From: Octopus vulgaris | Taxonomy: Eukaryota | DNA length: 64,000 bases | Assembly: GCA_951406725.2 (NCBI GenBank) | Contig: OX597840.1 | Span: 13,826,001-13,890,000 of the forward strand | Reading direction: 5' to 3' | Part shown: in pieces, positions 1 to 12,560 of the stretch | How positions within the stretch are numbered: the stretch's first letter is position 1 | Layout: every line of letters starts with the position of its first letter | Position numbers and translations under genes: made by a program | The notes under the pieces: model-generated | What the model was told of the DNA's origin: nothing | The model's input: only the letters and a program-made list of their open reading frames with translations | Database searches by the model: none

Positions 1-245
1 CTTGTGAGTGGATTTGGTAGAAGGAAACTGAAAAAAGCCCATCGTGTGTGTGTGTGTGTGTTTGTCCCCCATCACTGCTTGACAACTGGTGTTGGTGTGT
101 TTATGTCCCTGTAACTCAGTGGTTCAGCAAAAGAGACTGAAAAACAAACGTGAACTTGGGTCAATTGATTCGACTAAAATTCTTCTAGGTGGTGCCCCAG
201 CATGGCCACAGCCTAATGTCTGAAAAAAATAAAAGTTAAAAGACA
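1..245 (+). mobile_element. SINE family A, 3' portion (cut by window edge)
   Basis: Matches the full copies at 12354, 24580 and 59520 (ccttgtgagtggatttggtag...(TG)n...cagcatggcc...tgaaa). Confidence 0.85.
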
Positions 246-812
246 TATATAAATGTGTTTAGAATTTAGTTAGAAATATGAAGTCTTTGTCTTGTACTGA
301 ATGCACAATGCTAACAACATTGCAAGTGACAGCATAAAAATGTTTAAAAAAAAAGAATGGTTAGCAAAAATTTCTTATAAATTATTTCACACAAATGGTT
401 GCTGTAAATAATATTAAATAACTCAAGAACCAGAATTAAGTCTCGATATTCAATTCTGAAAAACACTTTCGGCTGCTCAATAGTTCCGTCACGCTTCATA
501 AATAAGAATTTATTTTAGAAACATTTTCGTTGTTTTAAGGTTATTTCTAACAACCAAATATTTTAAATTGCTAATTATACAAGAAATATGACAATCGAAT
601 CACCAAATACAAAGTTTTTATTCTAAAATAAATCATGAATGGAGTAAATATTGAAGATTACAGGAAAATGGATGAGATGAGTTGTCTGGTTGTGTTGTTG
701 CTTTTCAGGGAGTGCTGAACGACACAGGAATTTAATACCACCACCACCAACACCACTTCCTCTTATTACACTAAGAGTCACTTTGAGTGTGCATGTCTAT
801 GATACATGTGGT

Positions 813-1136
813 GAGGGTGCGTGGCTTAGTGGTTAGGGCATTCGGCTCATGATTGTAAGGTTGTGAATTCGATTCCCGGCAAGGCATTGAATCCTTGAGC
901 AAGTCTCTTTATTTCACGTTGCTCCAGTCCACTCAGCTGGCAAAAGTGAGTTGTACCTGTATTTCAAAGGGTCAGCCTTGTCACACTCTGTGTCATGCTG
1001 AATCTCCCTGAGAACTACGTTAAGGGTACACGTGTCTGTGGAGTGCTCAGTCTCTTGCATGTTAATTTAACGAGTAAGCTGTTTTGTTGATTGTATCAGC
1101 TGGGACCCTCATCATCGTAACCAATGTAGTGCTTCT
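813..1136 (+). mobile_element. tRNA-derived SINE family B (CORE-like box)
   Basis: A box tggcttagtgg, B-box-like aattcgattcc, then ccttgagcaag..ctttatttc. Reverse copies at 23372 and 29930. Confidence 0.85.
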
Positions 1137-1219
1137 ATGATGTGTGTGAGTGTGCTTTAGTTTTTATTTTGGCATCATTGTACTCAGTCAAAAGAATAGC
1201 AAATACTGATAAAGCATGA

Positions 1220-1254
<35 letters not shown>

Positions 1255-1407
1255 TGTGTAGGTGTATGCCTTTTTCTTTCGTTTGTCCACTCACTCATAT
1301 ACATATCCTCATCATTTAACATCTGTTTCCCACGCTAGCATGGCTTGGATGGTTTGGTAGGGGCTGGCCTGCTGGGGAGCTGCACCAGGCTCCATTATAT
1401 ATATATA

Positions 1408-2168
1408 TGATAACAAAGGGTAAAATTAATTAATTAAGAAGTAATCGTTAATTTCACCAAGTAGAATTTGGCATGAAAAAGACCATTTCATGGTAAGCTT
1501 AAGTAATACTTTATAATTAGGGTTCAGCATAGGTTTGCTTCACCACATACCGAAGTTTAGAAATAGCAGTCAAAAAATCTTAGCTATTCCTTCTACTTTA
1601 AAAGGGGCTCCCAGAAAAACCAAAGTACTTGAAAACAATCCACGCAGGCAAAAGGGAAAAATAACGAAAATCAATCAGTATTAGGTTACCCACGTACACT
1701 CGTTTCGGAATTAGATTGTTGTAAAGAATAAATAGCTATACCTTACCCGACCATTTTCGGCTCATCAGCATGGGATTCCAGAAATATTAATTATTAAATA
1801 TTAAATTCGAAGGCACTAGAGAATATCTCTCCACCTAACGGTATCAGAGAGATCACATTCAGTGCTAGTGCCGCCAAATTCAAAATACAAATGAGAGTTC
1901 ATCACCTTCCCCCACCCATTAGCGTGTCGCCAAGTAAGATGCTACAGAGAGAAACTGTAGTTTGTTATCAGGGATAAAGATTCCATTATCAATAATAACA
2001 ATGGGCAAAATTAATTAATTAAGAAGTAATCGTTAATTTCACCAAGTAGAATTCGGCATGAAAAAGACCATTTCATGGTAAGCTTAAGTAATACTTTATA
2101 ATTAGGGTTCAGCATAGGTTTGCTTCAGTATGTGGTGAAGCAAACCTATGCTGAACCCTAATTATAAA

Positions 2169-2171
<3 letters not shown>
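1408..2171 (-). mobile_element. Penelope-like pseudo-LTR module: direct repeat, hammerhead and terminal hairpin
   Basis: ~1410-1541 is repeated at ~1995-2127. Hairpin at 2091-2171, hammerhead at 1689-1774 (-), (TA)n on both sides. Confidence 0.65.
1689..1774 (-). ncRNA. type I hammerhead ribozyme motif (minimal stem III)
   Basis: Reverse strand reads CCCAUG-CUGAUGA-G...C-GAAA-CGAGUG-UA-CGUGGG. Stem I is 6 bp, core intact, stem II weak. Confidence 0.65.
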
Positions 2172-2201
<30 letters not shown>

Positions 2202-2271
2202 CAAAATAAGCAACAAGGATATCCAGAGGTAATGCAGTTCGATCATTTCATGCGACTAAATTCTGTTTTTT

Positions 2272-2360
2272 GTGCAGCTGAAGATTGCTTTACATTTTAA
2301 ATTGATGTAATGATTGCATTGTTCAATTAAATGGAGTTGCATGAAACGATTGTACTGCAT
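2272..2360 (+). ncRNA. type I hammerhead ribozyme motif
   Basis: GUGCAG-CUGAAGA-UUGC...GCAU-GAAA-CGAUUG-UA-CUGCAU, lying within the fold-back 2199-2393. Confidence 0.65.
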
Positions 2361-2620
2361 TACCTCTGGATATCCTTGCTGCTTATTTTGATTTTAATCA
2401 CCTTAGTTTGAAATTGTATGGATAATACCTTACTAAATTCTGGTACCATATTCATCTGAATCTAAATTTTTACTGAACTTATATATATATATATAAATAA
2501 ATGAAAGAAACCCGGAGTTTCTACCCTTAACAGGTCACTTCAACCGTGTTTTCTGACCTGAATTTGCTACCCAGGTATCGGTTAACCGAATTTTCCATGC
2601 TAGGATAATTCATTCACCTA

Positions 2621-2663
<43 letters not shown>

Positions 2664-2849
2664 ACAATTTATAAGTAAGGGCAAAAGAAAAAATTTCTAA
2701 TACCAAAATATGCAGAAAATCGACACTAGGTCAATAACCATGTAATTTATCACAAGCACGTGTTTCAAAGAAAGGTGACAGAAATTTCTAAAAAATTCCA
2801 TTATTACCATATTGGACCCAATTTCAGAGTTAGTTCGTAGGAACCTTTC

Positions 2850-2901
<52 letters not shown>

Positions 2902-2964
2902 TACATATATAGACATATATAATATAAACCTATCATATATATATATATATACATATATATATAC

Positions 2965-3034
<70 letters not shown>

Positions 3035-3288
3035 GCATATACATATATCTATATATATATACACACACATACATATATACATTATTCACTGCGGTGGTAT
3101 TCTGACCATATCGCACTAGGAGTGGCAATTTAAAGTGGTTGTGTGCATATGTGCATATATATATGTATGTATACGTTTGTATATGTAAGTATATCGTATG
3201 TGTGCATATGTGCATATATATGTATGTATACGTTTGTATATTAACACACACACACAAATAAAAAAACACACACAAAATATATATATAT

Positions 3289-3352
<64 letters not shown>

Positions 3353-3373
3353 ATTTATGTGCTTTCTGAGTAT

Positions 3374-3432
3374 ATTCCACTGATGAAGGCAGAGCATTTC
3401 TTATGCAGAGCCAGAAATCCGTGACCTGGAAT
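3374..3432 (+). ncRNA. hammerhead motif with decayed cleavage site
   Basis: AUUCCA-CUGAUGA-aGGC...GCCa-GAAA-UCCGUGA-CC-UGGAAU. Stem I is perfect but UH is replaced by CC. Confidence 0.55.
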
Positions 3433-3913
3433 TATTCAGTAATTTTTTTTGCTACTTTATTTTGTCCCTTCGTCTTCTCTCCTGGTGCTGTATGAACATT
3501 TGATGTGGTTTTAGAGTCAAGTTTTGACTGCTGTTTCCAGCGTGGTGGTATCTCTTAGATACCCTAAATTATAATTTTATATATTTATGATATATATATA
3601 AATGACATGTCTGTGTGTGCTTGTGTGTATAATAATAATAATAATAATAATAAATAATTTGGACAAATAAGTATATGATTAGATTATTGTATTTAAATGC
3701 TGAATAGAGCACCGATACAGTTTAGGCTACCTGGTGTCATCCGCAGTTGTGGTACACTTCCGTTGGATCTGCATCAGGAACTCCACAGAGGCAGTTAGGG
3801 GAATTATATTAATTAACAGGAGATGGATTCTGTATTAAACCTTTATTGGGTTTAATAGCAAATCTATCTCCTGTTAATTAATATTATATATATATATATA
3901 CATATACATATCT

Positions 3914-4180
3914 GGAGGCACATGGCCTAGTGATTAGAGCAGCGGACTGACAGTCGATGGATCGCAGGTTCGAATCTCAGAGCAGGCGATGTGTGTGTTT
4001 ATGAGCAAAACACCTAAGCTCCATGTGGCTCCGGCAGAAGGTAATGGCGAACTTCTTCTGACTGTTTCACCACAACTTTCTCTCACTCTTTCCTCCTGCA
4101 TCTTGCAGCTCACCCGCGACGGATCAGCATCCCATCCAGGTGAGGAATCCTATACATCAAGGAAACCGGGAAACTGGCCC
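3914..4180 (+). mobile_element. tRNA-derived SINE family D (V-domain-like 3' part)
   Basis: A box tggcctagtga, B box ggttcgaatc, 3' gcatcccatccagg...gaaaccgggaaac. Second copy at 63117-63403 (-). Confidence 0.8.
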
Positions 4181-4597
4181 AATATTTTAATAAGGAAAAG
4201 CAATAAAAAACTCCAGCTGAGTCACAAGTATTTACTCACAATCAACTTTTATTTGCTATCTTACAAGTGTTCAATGTGGCCACCACTTGCAGCACAGACA
4301 ACATCAATGCGATAAGAGAATTCCTCCCAGATGCGTATCAGCATATCATGATCCACCAAGTTGTTTGCTGTTGTTATTTGATGTTTAAGGTCATCGAGGT
4401 TAGGGAGTAGCAGCAGAACATAGACTCAATCTTTTATATATCCCCATATGCAAGTGGTGGCCACATTGAACACTTGTAAGACAGGAAATAAAAGTTGATT
4501 GTGAGTAAATACTTGTGACTTAGCAGGAGTTTTCTATTACTCTTCCTTATTAAAATATTGTGTAATGAAATAGGTTCATACTTTTTGAATAACCCTG
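4181..4597 (-). mobile_element. internally deleted Tc1/mariner (DD37D/DD41D-like) element with long inverted repeats
   Basis: Arms 4181-4291 and 4449-4559. Minus frame 4410-4261 reads LPNLDDLKHQITTANNLVDHDMLIRIWEEFSYRIDVVCAASGGHIEHL*, a transposase C-terminus. The end reads cagggttattcaaaaag on the - strand. Confidence 0.75.
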
Positions 4598-4709
4598 TGT
4601 ATATATAATCAAGATTCAGTTGAATTAGATACTTAAATTGAGGCACCAAGCCAGTTTGGTATAGTCTACACAGCTCAAAGTTAGGACATCCTCGATATAT
4701 ATTATTATA

Positions 4710-5013
4710 TATATGGTGTGTTATGTGAATTTATGGAAAAGTATTCCATAAAACTCAACAAATTTGTTAAAAATAGAGAAGAGAAAATGTTAAAATGTAA
4801 GAGATTTTTAATTTATGCATATGATCGTTTCAAACAGTGATATTAAGACATGCAAATTCATTGTTAAATTTATGTTTTAATATCACTGTTTGAAACGATC
4901 ATATGCATGAATTAAAAATCTCTTACATTGTAACATCTTCTCTTCTCTATTTTTAACAAATTTGTTGAGTTTTATGGAATACCTTTCCATAAATTCACAT
5001 AACACACCATATA
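4710..5013. repeat. fold-back palindrome, ~140-bp arms
   Basis: 4710-~4851 is the reverse complement of ~4872-5013 with few mismatches. Confidence 0.95.
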
Positions 5014-5206
5014 CAAGTATTATTTTCATATTTGCAAACAAGTAAAATATGAAGAATCTATATTAGAAATCGTTTTTGGGAATCCTCCAAATTAAAGGAC
5101 GAAATGTAATTCAACCTTTTCATACACACACACACATACATATGTATAAATATATGTATGTGTGTATGTGTGTGTGTGTGTGTGTTTCTGTGTGTGTATG
5201 TGTGTG

Positions 5207-5264
<58 letters not shown>

Positions 5265-5924
5265 CGACAGCTTGCTGAGACATGGAAATTAAGCTCCATA
5301 GAAAACTTTGAAAAACTGCAATTGGTTCTGGTTTTTATGCAGTTATAAGGGATTTTCAGTCATGAAAATAAAAAATCAATATTGAACAATATGTAGTTTA
5401 GTTAACACCACTTTACAACTATGTTTGACAGCACTCCCCTCTGAGAAATAACAGTCTAAGAGATCCCAGCTTGTATGGGCCAATGTAACGTTATAGATTG
5501 TTTTACATTAAATACAGGAATTTCTGGAACGTGAGGTTTTGGTTCTATTTTTTGATTTGAAGTTTGAGGTTTGTTTATGTTTTTCTCAATTACATACATT
5601 ACAAATCACATACGTAAACTAGGTAAATAATAGTTTTGAGGGTGGGGATTTCATTTATTTTGTTTGAATCTGACCAGTCAAGGTAAAAGAAACAAAGTTT
5701 ATAATCGTTTCTCTTGTTTTCCTGTTGATAATTTTTGTTTTATCCCCACATATCATCTGTTGGACTGAGCTTTGTTGCCAGGGAAACAGAAGCCAAAGAT
5801 GAAGAGAAAGGTATGAACAAGCAAGCAGCCTGAGGATGGCCATAGGCTGAGCACAAAAACAGGAGCAAAAAGAAGTAGAAACTGCAAAGACAATGGCTCT
5901 GGAATAAATAAAAAAAAAAAAAGG

Positions 5925-7323
5925 GGGCCAAACAGTTTAAAATTTCTATGCAAAAGGTACCTGCTGGTATGGAGACATTGGGACAAACTGTAGACTTGCT
6001 TATCCCAAGCCCCAGGCAACTGGTACTCATTTCATTTAATTCAAGACCAGAGTGAACTATCCCCAAACAGGCAAACAACGCTACCAGAATCAAGGATACA
6101 AGCCCAGATCACAAAACCCAATGCCTCCACCCTGGAATTATGTAGATGGTGCATGCACAGCTCCTAAGCAGAAAAAATATGTAGATGCAGTGAAGGCATT
6201 AACTGCTGAACAGCAGTCTTTTGTGGAAAGGACACAGAGGGTTGTAAGGCAGTTGGTTTGGCTCCATCAGACACTGAGTTTGAGAAACATGTACCAGCCC
6301 TCAAGACCAACAAAACATCCAGGGTGGCCACCTCTGAATTCTCTACATATGTTAGACCAGTGGCCACTACTGACACCCTACACGTTGCACCAGTATTCTT
6401 GCTGAACATCAGGGGTCTTGTAATGTCCCACCAACACTAGACCCAACCCCTGAGAGACTTAGTGACATGTAATCAAGCAATATGCAAGGCACTAACAGAA
6501 ACACATCTGAACGCTGACACAGGAGATCTAAGAGCTTGCTCTATTGTTATCAAAGTAAAAAAGTCTTTTTGTGAACATGATCTGGACGTTATTGTCGACA
6601 GTGATTTGCATTGGACAAAACACATTGCTAAAATAGCCAAGAAGGCTGAGGGTATCTTGGCATCACTCACCAAGTCCTTTGTGAGCCGCTCTCCAGCTAT
6701 CTATCTGAGGCTTTATATAGCTATGGTGTGGTCTCACCTGGAATTTGCATCACCAGCCTGGAACCCCTATCTTGCCCAGGATATTAATCATCTGAAACTG
6801 TTCAGTGATGTGCAACCAAGAGAATACCCTCCATCACACATTTGCCATATTCTGAACGCCTTACTTCCCTGGGCATGGATAGATTGAAACTCCAATGTCT
6901 GGCAACTGACTTCGCAGACACCCATAAAATTATTAACCGTCTTACAAACAATAACTCTGAGCACCTTTTCAAACTCCACCTGTCTAACACTTGTGGACAT
7001 GTTTACAAAGTCAGAAAACAGCACAGCTCCCATGACTTTCGGAAACATTTTTTCACACTAAGAGTTGCTGAAGTATGGAACAAACTGCCGGCATCAGTTG
7101 TTAATTGACGGAGCACTGTATCCTTCAAAACTTCCATGCTTTCTGAGATTCGCCAACACTACACCTGATTTTCTTCCCTCCATACACATGCAAGCATGTA
7201 TCTGACTCATACACTGTTCACTTTCCAGACATTTGTACATTTCTGCATATGCTTTATACGCACTTTTGACAAGTTGTGGTGCACCTGAGCACTGTATACA
7301 ATAATTCAATATTATTATTATTA
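5925..7323 (+). mobile_element. decayed CR1/L2-group LINE with large internal deletion
   Basis: ORF1 CCCH-like relic (FYAKGTCWYG..NCRLAYPK, ~5940-6010), APE endonuclease start (LLNIRGL...ALTETHL), RT C-terminus (DLDVIVDSDLHWTKHI...HLEFASPAWNP...FFTLRVAEVWNKLP) and (TTA)n tail. Confidence 0.85.
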
Positions 7324-7444
7324 TTCTATGTTTGACCTTTGCTTTATATTTGTACAAGTTGGCTCCAAGTCTCACCCAGAGGCCTCAAGAGACAACAGGT
7401 TGGAAGTTCATGTTGTTGTTATGCCTAGTGTGCCATATATTTGG

Positions 7445-7503
<59 letters not shown>

Positions 7504-8029
7504 AAAGTTGCATACTTAAGCGTTGGTCTTACTCTGTCAAGGTTACAATTATGGCAAGCTGTTTAAAGGGCTTGTCTGTGCATCTGGATTGCACCTCTCA
7601 TTTGTTTATGACTTAGAATTGGTTGGCTAATTATATGTGTGAGGTGAGGGGAGGATATTGTGTTCGTGTTTAGAAAAGTGCAGTGATGATGAAGTAATTC
7701 TCTTAACACAGGTCACGTAAGGACCAAGAATCCTGTGTTTATCAATTTCCTCAGGAACTGTCTTGAACCTCTGCACTGATTCTGGTGTGCTTTCATTTTT
7801 ATAATCCCCCTAATGTGGGAACCTCATAGGACATTCTTTGATATGAGATGAGTTTTCATCAGCTGATTGGTTGGTATTCAGAGCACATGACCTGATCTAA
7901 GTGTGATCTGATCCTACTTACTAAAGCAGTACATTTTCAATCCTAGCTTATGCTACAAACTTATGTTAATGGTTTTGGATTAACAGGATGTTTAGAGAAT
8001 GTTTTGACATAATTGGTTTGGAATGTAGT

Positions 8030-9060
8030 TATCTTCTCCATTATGAGTTGTGCTGGCTCTCTAAATGACAGGTTCTGAGTAAATTTGGGAAACTGGAAAA
8101 TATTCCAAGCGATTTTCTAGAAGAGAATGTTGTGAAAAACAATTGGCGGATATATTTAGTAATTTTTGTTGATGTAACTATCCATTCTAATGATCTAAAT
8201 TTGGAGCTGCAGAGAAAGAACAAATTGTTATTTAGCTTGGTAAATGTTATCAATGAATTCAAGATGAAATTAAAACTGTTCATCTCTCAGTTAAAAAATG
8301 ATGATTTGAACAAAATTTCTGTATGTGAAAGAACACAGAGAATGTGCTGAAGATAATGTCAATTTGACAAAATATGTTAAAAAAAAAAAAAGAAAAGAGA
8401 AAGAAAAATCAGATTATTGCAAGTCATTTGAAAGTCATTTTCATGATTTTCTTAAAGAAAACTACACTCAAGCATGTATTAACCTATTTTCAATTAGTAG
8501 AGTGAAAATCTCTGAAATGCTTAGTAATGTACAAATGGAACTTATTTACTAGAAGACAAAGTCATTAGTTTTCGTTTTTGGATTTGGTTTGCAAGATTCT
8601 TTATATGAGTTCGTGTGTTGAAGCATATTCTGTTGTGTCTGGGGAAAGTCCTTTTCTTTTTGTGCCTTATAATGTAACACACTCACCTGTAAAATTTCCA
8701 CTTATTTCTTATTTTTATCGTCCTAAAATTTTTGTTGCATCTTGCAATCTTTTCAATAGTCTTGACTCTCTATTGAAAAGGTTGCAAGACGCAACGAAAA
8801 TTTTAGGAAAAGAAAAATAAGAAATAAGTGGAAATTTTACTGGTGAGTGTGTTATATTATAAGGCACAAAAAGAAAATGACTCTCCTCAGACACAACAAA
8901 GTCATTATTGAAAATGAAATTTGAAGAGTTACCCCCAGTTGCAAATATTGTTAGAATTATTAAAATCTGGTTATCATTACTTTGCAAGCAATCTTGATAA
9001 TGAAGATAATTTATTCATAGCTATGTCCGACAATTGTAGACCTATGTGCAGTTAAATGAA
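8030..9060 (+). pseudogene. hAT transposase relic (GTF2IRD2/SPIN/Charlie-like), interrupted by an insertion
   Basis: ELCWLSK*QVL (decayed EVRWLS motif), DVTIHSNDLNLELQRKN...FKMKLKLF, QMELI..TKSLLKMKFEE across the insertion. Stops and frameshifts present. Confidence 0.7.
8568..8895. mobile_element. fold-back insertion with 12-bp target-site duplication
   Basis: ACAAAGTCATTA at 8556-8567 and 8896-8907. Hairpin arms ~8630-8759 and ~8770-8899. Confidence 0.8.
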
Positions 9061-9154
9061 TAAATATTTTCATCTTTGAAACTGATAAAATATCTCATTA
9101 TAGTAATCAATGTGTTTTTTTTTATATTAAATTATGTAAAAAGGTGCTAAATAC

Positions 9155-9334
9155 AGGTGCAGGAGTGGCTGTGTGGTAAGTAGCTTGCTTACCAACCACA
9201 TGGTTCCGGGTTCAGTGGCACCTTGGGCAAGTGTCTTCTACTATAGCCTCGGGCTGATTAAAGCCTTGTGAGTGGGTTTGGTAGACGGAAACTGAAAGAA
9301 ACCCAAGCTACTTACCACACAGCCACTCCTACGC
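9155..9334 (+). mobile_element. SINE A 5' half followed by an inverted copy of its own head
   Basis: caggagtggctgtgtggtaagtagcttg at ~9160; reverse complement at 9304-9334. Confidence 0.8.
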
Positions 9335-10251
9335 TTATGTTTACTTCCAAATTTCTCAGTTCTAGTTTTTATTGTCATAAACGTAATTTCCTGATCTATG
9401 TCTTTCAGTCAGTCATGAGAACCAATATCCTTCATAATTAGTTGGGTTAGAAGACTTTCTCTTATTTTCATAAATTCGCTGTTGGCTTCTGTGACATCTT
9501 ATATTTAATATTATTGATTATTGATCTTAGAGTCAATCACTATGTTGGTCACGAAGGTGTCGGAGCTTAGTTTTTACTTTTGCTATTGTTGTTACGTGTC
9601 AGTCTATCTGTTTGTGTGAATGTGTGTGTGTGAATAAGTGTATGTATATATGGCTCTGTGAATATATATGCCTACATCTATATAGTTAAGCTTGTGGTTG
9701 CATTTGTGTGGCTGCATGTGTGTGTGTGTGTGAGATATTGTATGTAAATCTGTGTGAGATTGTCTATATATACATGCATAAATTTGTATGTATGAGTATG
9801 TCTATCTATGTGTGTGTTTGAGGTTGTATGTATGGGTAGTATATGTATGTGTGTGATATTCGTTTGATTGTCTGTCTGTGTGGGTGTCTTTACTGTCTTC
9901 TTCATAGTGTAAGGCAATCGATATTTTTCTGTGGGTGAAAATGGTGATGGCTCAGATGATGACATGGATGATGATAATTTAGGTGCTTGTTTGGTTGAGA
10001 AGGTGAAACATTATTATTAAAACTGTGTACCGTAGTACAGAGTGTCATAAATCAACTGGGAGACGTATGCTCAGAGTAACTTCTTAACGATCAAAGCGAG
10101 AACAAAAATGTTGGCATGTGTTTATTTGTCCCAGTGCCAATATAAACACATGCACTGGTGCCACATAATACTAATCTAAACACACATACATATATGTGTG
10201 TGTGAATGCACACACATACACACACACACACATATGTATACGTGTATAGCA

Positions 10252-10315
10252 GACAGGTATCCAGTACTGATGAAGGGAGACACCCTGAAACCAGACTGGT
10301 ATACTGGGTCTTGTC
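10252..10315 (+). ncRNA. complete type I hammerhead ribozyme
   Basis: Stem I gacagg(t)atccagta/tactgggtcttgtc, CUGAUGA 10267-10273, stem II aggg/ccct, GAAA 10287-10290, stem III cca(g)/(c)tgg, GUA site ending at 10301. Confidence 0.85.
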
Positions 10316-10533
10316 ACCACTATGTGGTAGGGGTTCGCTCCCCTGCTCACAATATATCAGACATAGGTTGTGTAGTTAAACAGCTAGAGGAGATGTCCTC
10401 CTGGGGTTAAAAAAATGGTAGTAATATTGTTGTGTATGGAACAGCCATGTTGAAGTGGCAACAAACATTCCTTTCCTGTATTGTTACTACTTCCTCTCTT
10501 AGAGATATTTTAGTACAAGCTGCTTTGCTTACA

Positions 10534-11693
10534 TTGGGTCATCCCATAAATAATGTGGTTTTTTCAATTGCATGTCCTAAAAGTCGGCGCAGGGGATAAA
10601 CTACCTGCATCAACTTGCTATAAAAGTAGGTAATAGTTTTACCTAGTCCTTATTCCTAGTGCAAGTTTTGAAGAGTACAGTTCGATTTTAACAGTTATTT
10701 TTCCAAACCTACAATGGAAGTGACAAAGGAGAATATTTGGCATATTTAGCATTATGAGTTCAATAAAGGCAACAGCACAACTGAAAGTATGAAGAATATT
10801 AATGTAGTATATGGGGATTGGCTGATACACATACACCAGTATCAACAGTGGTTCCAGAAATTCTGAGTTGGAAACTACAGCCTAGAAGGTGAGCCTCATC
10901 AACAACACCTGCGTGCCATTGGAAAGGTCAGCAAATTGGGTAAATGAGTTTCTCACAAACTTTCTGAGTCTAATTGCGTGCAGAGAGTGAATGTGTTCTC
11001 TTCTTTGCTGTTATGTCTCATGAATGAACCATTTTTGAACCAAAGAGTGTGTGGTGATGAGAAATGGGTTCTCTATAAAAATGTCAAGCGCTGAAGACAG
11101 TGGGTAGGGGAAGGAGAAACACCAGCACCCCAGGCTAAAGAAGGTGTAGTTTGTTAACTGTTTGGTGGGATATGAAAAATTTAGTCCACTTTGAACTTTT
11201 AAACCCAAACCAAATGATAACAAAGGAGATCTACTGGGAGCAGCTTGAGTGGCTTAAGTAAGAACTAGAAGAAAAACAACCATCTTTGGTTACAAGATGA
11301 AAGGCGTTTTTCCATCATGATAAGGCTCAGCCATATACAGCAAGGATGACATTTGAAAGGCTGGAACAGTTTGAATGGGAAACGATGCCCCACCCACCAT
11401 ATTCACCAGACATTGCCCCATCTGATTATCATTTACTCCACAGTCTTCAAAATCATTTGGACAGAAAAAATATGAATTCTGTAGACGAGATCAGAAAAGT
11501 AGTGGAGGAGTATTTTTTGTTAGGACAAATGAATGTTTGGAAGAGGGGCCTTGCAAATCTAGTAAATAGACGGGAAGAGCATTGTATAAAATGAAGGAGA
11601 GTATATTTTAGATTAAAAAAAGAACTTTGTTGATCTGAATTTTGAAAAATAACAGAAGTATAAAAAAACTGCATTATTTATGGGATGACCAAA
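10534..11693 (+). mobile_element. mariner transposon 1, decayed
   Basis: TIRs ttgggtcatcccataaataatg / cattatttatgggatgaccaaa. Fragments GDEKW and HPPYSPDIAPSDYHL, with many stops. Confidence 0.9.
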
Positions 11694-12231
11694 TATATAC
11701 ATATAAGCACTTATAATCATTACGGTAGAATATACAATGCTGTACTAATGATTATATTAGTTACATGCAAATCAACCGACCGAAAATTTTTGCTGCCATC
11801 ATTCAATTTTCTCAATGCAGTTTGTTCGGCTAAGTGATTCTTACTGGTGTGTGTACATGTGTGTGTGTTTGTGAGTATGTGTTAACAATTCTTTACAGGT
11901 ATATTTAGTATATTAGAAAACACAGACGCTCACATACACATATGCACTCATTGGCATATGGATATATATCTGTTGATTCAACAGAAGCGATATATTGGAG
12001 ATAGACAGAGAGAGAGAGAGAGGTGGAGAAAAAGAGAGAGAAGCATATTCAAGTACACAAACTGCATTACAAGTCACAATCTACAGAATTCTTCAAAATA
12101 TTATGTAAGTATAAACACACATAAAAGCAAAAAAATTTAAAAAATTGTGTGTGCATGCTTCTGTCCATCATTCTATCTATTTATCTGTCTGTCCGTCCGT
12201 CCAGCCAGCCAGCCAGCCAGCCATCCATCCA

Positions 12232-12286
<55 letters not shown>

Positions 12287-12353
12287 TTGTCTATCTGTCT
12301 ACCTACCTACCTACCTACCTACCTACTAGTCTGTCTGTCTCTCTCTATATATA

Positions 12354-12514
12354 GGCGTAGGAGTGGCTGTGTGGTAAGTAGCTGGCTTACCAACCACATG
12401 GTTCTGGGTTCAGTCCCACAGCATAGAATCTTGAGCAAGTGTCTTCTACTTTACACTCAGGCTGACCAAAGCCTTGTGAGTGGATTTGGTGGATGGAAAC
12501 TGAAAGCAGCCCAT

Positions 12515-12560
<46 letters not shown>

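Noticed and set aside
3705-3790. Hammerhead-like traces at 3705-3790 (-) and 19690-19790 (-)
   Set aside because: Both core boxes are mutated; not distinguishable from chance without a family consensus.
9908-10001. Acidic peptide GENGDGSDDDMDDDNLG as a possible exon
   Set aside because: An in-frame stop follows the best acceptor, the sequence is low complexity, and no partner exons were found.
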